This document shows positions 61,349 to 64,000 of a stretch of 64,000 nucleotides of DNA, piece after piece. The stretch is from a virus: positions 20,977 through 84,976 of the IMG/VR virus record IMGVR_UViG_3300030107_006096, one strand, 5' to 3'. How positions within the stretch are numbered: position 1 is the stretch's first letter; each line of letters begins with the position of its first letter. The position numbers and the translations under genes are program-made. The notes below the pieces were generated by a model. That model worked only from the letters and a program-made list of their open reading frames with translations. It was not told where the DNA came from and ran no database searches.

Positions 61349-62068
61349 ATGTTAGGCGTAAGCAAAGCAACAAATACAAGAGCCTATCAATTACTGAACA
61401 CCGGAACTATCACAAGCACTGGTGCCCAAAGTTATACCATTCCCGCAGGAACTTTATATCTTGAAGTTGAGATGTGGGGCGGAGGAGGCGGTGGTGGTAA
61501 CAAAACAACCGTTGGTGGTAGAGGTGGCGGTAGTCACGGCGGTGGAGGCGGCGGTGGTGGTGCTTATGTAAAGAAAACATATTATGGTGCAGCGAACATG
61601 CAAGCATCAGATACTTTAAACTTCACAGTTGGTGCTGGTGGTGCTGCTCAAGCCGCTGGTGCAAATACCACTCTGGATACACATAAAAGAAGTTCTACAA
61701 CCATCACAACATTTTCTTCTGTTTCCGCAGGAGGAGGTGGAGCAGGAGAATCTTCATCAGCAGGAAACGGTGGTGCTGCTGGTACTGCATCAAATGGAGA
61801 TGTTAATACAAACGGAAATGCTGGTGCAAACCAGTCTGGTGCAGATGGTTTTGGTACTGAACTAGGAGCGATCGGCGGAGATGCAGCAACATTCACCGGC
61901 GCCGATTCGGGAGAAGAAGGCGGTGGTGGTGCAGGGGGAACCGCCAGCGTAACTCCGGGTGATGGAACTGCTCCCGGTGGAGGCGGTGGTGGTGGTTATG
62001 CCGGAAGCAGCAACACTACCGGAGGAGCAGGGGCAAATGGAAAAGTTATTGTAAAGGCATATGGATAA
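61349..62068 (+). CDS. Glycine-rich fibre-associated protein
   Basis: YTIPAG..VEMWGGGGGGG, GGGGGAY, APGGGGGGG, GANGKVIV. Confidence 0.75.
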   Translation: MLGVSKATNTRAYQLLNTGTITSTGAQSYTIPAGTLYLEVEMWGGGGGGGNKTTVGGRGGGSHGGGGGGGGAYVKKTYYGAANMQASDTLNFTVGAGGAAQAAGANTTLDTHKRSSTTITTFSSVSAGGGGAGESSSAGNGGAAGTASNGDVNTNGNAGANQSGADGFGTELGAIGGDAATFTGADSGEEGGGGAGGTASVTPGDGTAPGGGGGGGYAGSSNTTGGAGANGKVIVKAYG

Positions 62069-62090
62069 ATCTTTAACCATATGGTATACT
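62062..62090 (+). promoter_or_regulatory. Sigma70-like promoter for dut / gp43
   Basis: Extended -10 TGgTATACT (62082-62090); weak -35 TGGATA 17 nt upstream; overlaps the palindrome ACCATATGGT. Confidence 0.5.
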
Positions 62091-62120
62091 AAGTCCTGCT
62101 AATTTTAGAAGGAGTTTGTT

Positions 62121-62678
62121 ATGAAATTGAAGTATTACAAGATGAAACAAGATGTGCAAGATCCTATTTTCGCCACAGATGGCTCTGCGTGTTTCGATAT
62201 TCACGCATACCTATCAGAAGAAAATAAAATATGGTCTGGTTTACCGAAGCCTGTTGTTACCATTTACAACATGGAAAACAAAAAAGAAATAAGAGAATGT
62301 AAAATGTGGGCAGGAGAAAATTCTTCTTTTGATGTGGGTATTGAATTATTTCCTGGCGACAGGGCTTTAATTCCAACCGGCTTAATTTTTGATATTCCCG
62401 AAAATCATTCTGTTCGAGTCCACACAAGATCAAGCATTTCCCTGAAAAAAGGATTGATTCTCACCAATAGTGAAGGTATAATTGACTCAGACTATTATCA
62501 TCAAACTTTCATTATGCTGTATAATGCCAGTGCAGATGAGGTCAGAATTCATCATGGAGACAGAATCGCTCAAGGTGAATTAGTTCAAACTTATAATTAT
62601 GATTTAGAGCAAACCATAAACATCCCCGAACGAAAGACAACTAGAGTTGGCGGGTTTGGCTCAACGGGAGTTAATTGA
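62121..62678 (+). CDS. dut: Trimeric dUTPase
   Basis: GSACFDI, IPTGL, RSS, GIIDSDY, GDRIAQ, RVGGFGSTG. Confidence 0.95.
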   Translation: MKLKYYKMKQDVQDPIFATDGSACFDIHAYLSEENKIWSGLPKPVVTIYNMENKKEIRECKMWAGENSSFDVGIELFPGDRALIPTGLIFDIPENHSVRVHTRSSISLKKGLILTNSEGIIDSDYYHQTFIMLYNASADEVRIHHGDRIAQGELVQTYNYDLEQTINIPERKTTRVGGFGSTGVN

Positions 62679-63001
62679 TGAAAAAGATGAATCGAGAAGA
62701 ACTACTCAAACACCACGACTCACTTTGTAATGAAGCAAAGGAATTGATGAAAAAGAAAAATCATGATTACGCCGGTAAGGGTGGCGACTCACCATTCGCC
62801 AACTTTGAAAGAACAGAGGCGATGGGAATTTGCTCGACAGAAGCAGGTGTTCTTGTTAGAATGGTAGATAAGATTTCGCGTCTAAGCACCTTCGTTGAAG
62901 CCGGAGAACTCAAAGTAGATAACGAAACTTATCATGATGCGATTGTTGATATTATCAATTACTGTGTTTTGTTGAGTGGTATCGTTGAAGAGAAAGCATG
63001 A
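62675..63001 (+). CDS. Nucleotide-modification-associated domain 1 (Nmad1/DUF1599-like) protein
   Basis: KKNHDYAG, FANFE, VRMVDKISRL, DAIVDIINY. Confidence 0.7.
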   Translation: MMKKMNREELLKHHDSLCNEAKELMKKKNHDYAGKGGDSPFANFERTEAMGICSTEAGVLVRMVDKISRLSTFVEAGELKVDNETYHDAIVDIINYCVLLSGIVEEKA

Positions 63002-64000
63002 GTGAACACTACACCAATGTAGCATTAAGGGGAAAGAATATCCTCTATCGTGGTATCAATGAGGACGGGACTCGCTTTCAAAGAAAAGAAGAGTTTCGTC
63101 CTACCATGTTTGTCCCTTCGAAAGAAAAGACAAAGTTTAAAACATTGAATGGTGTTTATGTGGAACCGATTCAGCCTGGAAACATTCAAGACACCCGTGA
63201 ATTTATTAATCGTTATGAGAATGTTCAGGGGTTTGAAATTTACGGGAACAATGATTTCATTTATCAGTTCATTGGTGCGAACTATCGCGGTGAAGTTGAC
63301 TATGATTTCTCAAAGATTAAAGTAGCGACTATCGACATCGAATGTGAATCGGAGTATGGATTCCCTCGACCAGACAATCCAAACGAAAGAATCAATGCGA
63401 TCACAGTTGACTTTAATGGTTGGGTTTACGTTTTTGGTTTGGGTGAGTTTTCTCTTGAAGAGAAAGAGAACCTAAGACAGTTTGTATTTGAAACTGAAGA
63501 AGAGTTACTTGACTCTTTTCTTTCAACGTGGGAACTCGAATCTCCTGATGTCGTGACTGGATGGAATGTTCGATTCTTTGACATTCCTTATCTTGTAAAT
63601 CGAATCTCTGAAGTATTGGGCAGTTCTGCTGCAAAGCGTTTGTCTCCTTGGAAAGTTCTCAAGGAACGTAGTATTCGTAAGATGAATCGAGAGAATCAAA
63701 CTTATGAAATCGTAGGCGTTTCCACTCTTGATTATTATGAATTATATAAGACGTTTACTTATGTGAATCAGGAATCATATCGTCTAGATCACATTGCATT
63801 TGTTGAACTCGGCGAGAAGAAGTTGTCTTATGATGAGTATGACAGCATGGCAACATTCTACCGAAATGATTTCAACAAGTTTATAGAATACAACGTGAAA
63901 GATGTTGAGCTTATCAAGAATCTTGAAGACAAGATGAAACTGCTTGAACTTGCGGTTTCTCTTGCTTATGCTGCCAAGGTTAACTTCATGGATGTATTTG
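62998..64000 (+). CDS. gp43: Family B DNA polymerase gp43, N-terminal and exonuclease part (3'-truncated; not in the ORF track)
   Basis: ATG 62998 overlaps the upstream stop; MSEHYTNVALRGKNILYRG, ExoI DIECES, ExoII VTGWNVRFFDIPY, ESYRLDHIA, ExoIII YNVKDV. Confidence 0.96.
   Translation, partial: MSEHYTNVALRGKNILYRGINEDGTRFQRKEEFRPTMFVPSKEKTKFKTLNGVYVEPIQPGNIQDTREFINRYENVQGFEIYGNNDFIYQFIGANYRGEVDYDFSKIKVATIDIECESEYGFPRPDNPNERINAITVDFNGWVYVFGLGEFSLEEKENLRQFVFETEEELLDSFLSTWELESPDVVTGWNVRFFDIPYLVNRISEVLGSSAAKRLSPWKVLKERSIRKMNRENQTYEIVGVSTLDYYELYKTFTYVNQESYRLDHIAFVELGEKKLSYDEYDSMATFYRNDFNKFIEYNVKDVELIKNLEDKMKLLELAVSLAYAAKVNFMDVF

Overview
A 64-kb, AT-rich, gene-dense segment of a T4-like myovirus genome, with every credible gene on the + strand. 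It resembles aquatic T4-like phages; the host cannot be determined from this window. Order: a partial FN3/LRR protein; the virion module gp13-14-15-16-17-18-19-20-(core)-21-22-23-gp3 with T4-type late promoters (TATAAATA) and a UUCG terminator; uvsY, uvsW, gp55, gp47, denV-like, gp46; a GNAT plus DNA methyltransferase pair; a thioredoxin-glutamine synthetase II fusion; rnh; gp45, fcl, gmd, gp44, a methyltransferase, groES, gp62, regA. Then comes a ~24-kb island of about 30 glycan genes (GT2/8/11/17/47-like and sialyltransferase-like transferases, NeuB/NeuA/WecB, DegT aminotransferases, methyltransferases, 2OG oxygenases, a GT2-TPR). It is followed by a collagen/tail-fibre module, dUTPase, an Nmad1-like gene and the start of DNA polymerase gp43. 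Main hypothesis (inference): a phage-encoded virion glycosylation system making fucosylated/nonulosonylated, methylated glycans. A recurrent G-[hydrophobic]-[T/S]-[G/A] motif in exterior virion proteins is a candidate acceptor sequon. All family calls come from motif recognition by eye; no database search was run.
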